Assembly (NCBI RefSeq): GCF_030028105.1
Contig: NC_092386.1
Span: 43,206,347-43,270,346 of the forward strand
Direction: 5' to 3'
DNA length: 64,000 bases
DNA from: Mobula birostris
Taxonomy: Eukaryota
Under the pieces are notes generated by a model that did no database searches, was not told the DNA's origin, and was given only the letters and a program-made list of their open reading frames with translations. Both the position numbers and the translations under genes were made by a program. Of this stretch, positions 59,646-64,000 are shown in pieces. Position 1 is the first letter of the stretch. Each line of letters starts with the position of its first letter.

Positions 59646-62600
59646 GTGAGTTCTAGAGTCCATGGCCACTGGAACCTGAAGCTCTCAGTAGCTGTTCAGG
59701 TGTGCTGAGTATAGCCGGGCTATATTACCATTTAGAATGGGATGCTCAACAAACCAAAAGTGAAGGAAGGCTGGAGGAGATTACAGAAATACAGTACGAG
59801 GTCATGAAGGGATTCAAAAGCAAGGATGGGAAATTCAAAAAAGTGTTGATTTCCCAAGATGACTGAAAATGCTCTACCATGAAAGCAAGTAAGAAAGATA
59901 ATTTTGGCCAAGGAGTAGCACACTTTTTTTTTAACTAAAGGACCTCATTTAAAGGAAAGAAACAAATGTCTTATCTGATGTCAAATCTTATACCGTAAAC
60001 CAAGTATAAACCTGCCATATCTATATTTTGCCATCACAATCCTAAATGGTCTAAATAAACTCAGCCCATGAAATGGCGGGGATAAAGGTTGATAACTATT
60101 TAACCATGAGGCAGATGCAATTACAGCAATTAAATGGGTTTGGACAGGTACATGGATAGGAATGAAACAGAGAGGTTTGGGCCAACCACAGTAAAATGGG
60201 ATTAGTGTAGATAGGCGTTTTGGTCAGCATGGTCAAGTCGGGCTCTACGATACTGTGAGATGATAGCAGCTGCAGAGGGCCTTGGCTGACAGGTCTAATC
60301 TGACCAACTACGGAAGGATCAATGGATTCCTGAGTATAAAATTTATTAGTTTGGACTTTTGAAGTGAACAACAGAGGAAATAAAAATAGTTGAAAAATAC
60401 GCTTATTCTAATTTATTGTGTCTTCATTTAGTTTCTCAAAGAGCATAGTTTAAACTTTTAGAATTTCAGTTTTGATTCTTTCAGTTCAATCAATGGTACA
60501 TTGTCACTGTATTCAGAAGATAAGCTTAGACTATCCCAGAAGGAATTAGACCAAATTCCAAATAAAGCTGCTCTATCATTCCTTGATATTGGCCTTTATA
60601 GAATCACAGGGAGACTGCACATAGCAGGAAGTCATTCGGCCTATCAAGTCAATTCTAGTCCTATATAAGAGCAATCCAGCTAGTCCTGTTCCCTGCCAGC
60701 TAACCAAAGCCCTGCAATTTTTTTCCTTGTAAGTAGTTAAAATCTTCCTTTTGAACATTATATTTTTTTATCCCCATTGCTATTCCTAGCACTGCATTCC
60801 AAAGTCTGAATACACCCTGCATTAAAATAAAATCTTATACCCATATCAAGGAATGGTAGAAGAAACTACCTCTGACTTATGTCTCAAAGGATATCCAAAA
60901 CATCTTCTGAACACAGTGAGCATATACTGCTAATTAAAATTGAAAGCCTTATGACTGAAACTAGTCTATGAAACTGTTCCCATGAGTGAAGTGATCAAGA
61001 ACTTCGGGACAAAGAATGAAGATAATCAGCAGAAGAACCAAATGTACTGAGAATGCAGAATGTGAAAGAGGCTAAAATTGGAGAAGCACAGTGTTCTTGA
61101 AGAGTCATCGGGTCTCCAGGAGCTTTCATCATTGTTTAGCAGCAATGCCAGGGAGGAATTTTATACACATAAATGAGAATTTCAGCAGCCCACACAGGAT
61201 GCACAATTGTTTATTTCCAGCATTCCTTGCAGTATTGATCCACTTGCAATAGAAAGGGAAAATTTTAAGGATCAGCTAAAAAGTTTGGGAAGAGGGCTTG
61301 CAGCTGATCCCTAAGCAACCAGAGGGAATACACCAAGGCTGCCCTTTTGTGGTGTCCCAATGGAGAGTTCAGCTTTCATAGGGGAAAGGCTTGACTGCAG
61401 CTTGTCCTCTGTACTACGGAGGATCACGGAGCTCGTTTGAACATCATAAATACCATCCAATCATTTATTCTTGTTGCCACTACCCATCTTGCTAATAAGA
61501 GCAGATGTACAATTAGAGCAGTCAAGCTTTCGTATATACAAGCACACATCAATTACATTTTATTAAATTTGGACTGTCCCAACTGTCAGGATTCCTTCGG
61601 CTTCAGATTTTCTCTAGTCAATCGGATAAAACTGAACTTTTGAAGGAGGACACTCTTGGCAAATTGAGCTTGATTTATAATGAACCTTTGTTATTTACTA
61701 ATCAGCATACCTTTGTGCATGTTATGATATTAAAAAAATCATACCACCTTAATTTGACTTGAGAAGTACACTGAAAGCACAATCCTTTTCTACTGATCCT
61801 CACTTCTAGAAACTTAGCACCTGATTACATTGATCTTTCTTCAAGTTAGAGTAGAACAAGGTTGTAAAATTCCACTGTTCGGATAAAGAACATGGGCTTT
61901 GCTCTCTTGTTGCATGAACACCTCCTCAGCATGCAGACGTCTAACTACGCCCAGTAACAACCTACTGTCACATCCAACTCTCACATCAGCTCCAGTTGCT
62001 TTAATACAATTATGATACAAATACAAAATATAAACTTTGAGAGCAAACCGATATATTCTGGACAATCCTTCCGCTGTTTTCTGTAAATTTGTAATATACT
62101 TTACGAAATAGACTGTAGTTGCTTTACACAATTATAGTCTAAGCTGTTTCATTTGTGTGAAACCCAAAATGTTTGAAAAGAGTCAAACTTCACAAGCAAT
62201 AAAAAAATTACAAAATATTCATTACCTAGAATCTGTTAATCCAACTTTCATCACCCGCACCAAGGAAGGACTAGGTATTTTATCCAGACATACGAGAACC
62301 TCAGAGTGCTTTCAAAAAAAGCAAAAGTAAAATACTTGCTGACACAAACTTCTCTAAGATTACATCCTCATCTCCAGTTTCTGGCCAAAGACTAAAACAT
62401 TTGGTCGGATAAGCAATACTGTCCATTATAAATCATAAGCAACAAAAAGAAGCTCGTGATTTCAAAGTTGGATTTAATGTTTGTTCAAGTGCCATCCAGT
62501 GACAACGCAAACTTCATTGGCATACCTTTATTAAAGCAATTGAAATCTTTCTATCAGCTGCTTTGGATGCTTAATGTATGTATAACACTGGACTTAATAA

Positions 62601-63635
62601 AAAAAATCTCTTCAATATATCTATATATGCATTTAGAATACAGAGTTGTTGATGTTCAGTCTGTTTTATGTGTTATATTGCTCCAGAGTTGATAAAGTTA
62701 AAGGAAATAAATAGATTGTGATGGTCATTTTTTTTAAATGGTAGCTATCATTTCTCACCCAGGTGTGTTGAGTTTAGAAAAGGAATTTGCTGAAAATGTT
62801 ATCCCTAACCTGTAGCTATACAAATTTTAGCACCTGAATGTTTTCCTGTGCATCTGACATCTAGTTTTTGATGACCTATGAGACTTAACTTAATTTTTTT
62901 GGATCCAATAATGTCAACTTGCTGTCTAAAGTCATCATTATTTAAAATGGCAAGGCCTACAATGCCATATACAACTTATGGTCTTTGTTGAGAAGCAGGA
63001 AGTGACTTACTCCCAATACTACTAAAATATAGTGCAGCTGCTAAAATATAGTTTATTTCTAAACCTAAATTCTACTTTATCAATATTCTATCAAAAATCA
63101 TCACAAAATGCATGACTTCAAAACATGCAGCTTCTTTCCTTCCCATAATTTTTCAGTCCCACTTCATGGAAAAAATATTGAATCAATTGATCAATTAATA
63201 GATCAATAACTCTGTTTAGACATTCCACATTAAGAAGTACCTAATTGGCCGAGGCTAAATGCTTTTAAAAACATATCCTGAAAATCAATAATGCAGTAAC
63301 TGCATTTTAAACTGAAGAATGCACACAGCCATCAGGAAGAAGATGGATTCCTATAATCTTTGAAAGGCATGAAGCAGTACAAACAAGAAAGGCCACACAT
63401 TATGTCCTCTCATTTAAGGTTTTACTTTTTTGATGATCTTATATGTTATTAGGTAACTAAGTATCCTTAATTAAATGCTTAATTGAACAATTTAGTTCAC
63501 TCAAATGCAATAGCGGTTAAAGTTGATCAATCCACATTTTCTCCTTTGTTACTTATATATTTCAACATGCAGAATGTTGTGTGTTTTCCAAAATTAAAAC
63601 CATGCAACGTGAATTCCAAGAAGACAGGAATAATT

Positions 63636-63894
63636 AGCAACACACATCAAAGTTGCTGGTGAACACAGCGGGCCAGGCAGCATCTCTAGGAAGAGGCCCA
63701 GTCGACGTTTCGGGCCAAGACCCTTTGTCAGGGCTAACTGAAAGAAGCTTCTTTCAGTTAGTCCTGACAAAGGGTCTCGGCCCGAAACGTCCGACTGTAC
63801 CTCTTCCTAGAGATGCTGATGGCCTGCTGTGTTCACCAGCAACTTTGATGTGTGTTGCTTAAATTTCCAGCATCTGCAGAATTCCTCATGTTTG
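63636..63894 (+). mobile_element. Spacerless palindromic miniature PLE-derived element, ~13-bp TSD
   Basis: Arms 63636-63747 / 63748-63859 centred on AAG|CTT; 35-nt tail 63860-63894; TSD AGGAATA(A/G)TTAGC (63626-63638, 63895-63907). Confidence 0.9.
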
Positions 63895-64000
63895 AGGAAT
63901 AGTTAGCCACTGATGGGCAGTTAAAATGCTCTAACATGTTTGTATTTTATTTTAAAACTAACAGGTGCAGTATATAAACAACTTTAAATGTTTTATTTGA

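Noticed and set aside
61300-63600. Coding exons in the terminal unique AT-rich region
   Set aside because: No ORF with a recognisable protein and no convincing paired splice sites found by eye

Overview
Eukaryotic, repeat-dominated genomic DNA. The repeat complement (HER1/CR1 LINEs, an HE1-like tRNA SINE, Rex1/Babar LINEs, Penelope-like elements) suggests a cartilaginous fish, probably a ray; this is inference. No intact host protein-coding gene is recognisable. The longer ORFs that can be assigned are decayed retroelement or transposon fragments, so the window is probably intronic or intergenic. It holds many CR1, Rex1/Babar and RTE LINE pieces, two internally deleted Ty3/Gypsy elements, mariner/Tc1/pogo/hAT DNA transposons (several nested), and Penelope-like (PLE) GIY-YIG relics. 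The most interesting signal is a family of about 110-260 bp non-coding PLE-derived insertions (39.8, 44.8, 46.6, 53.4 and 63.7 kb). Each carries a minimal type-I hammerhead ribozyme motif. Four have 13-15 bp target-site duplications (TSDs) and a 30-39 nt tail, and two are fold-back palindromes; in one, both arms share copy-specific variants. Boundaries of degenerate repeats are approximate (read by eye, no alignment tools).
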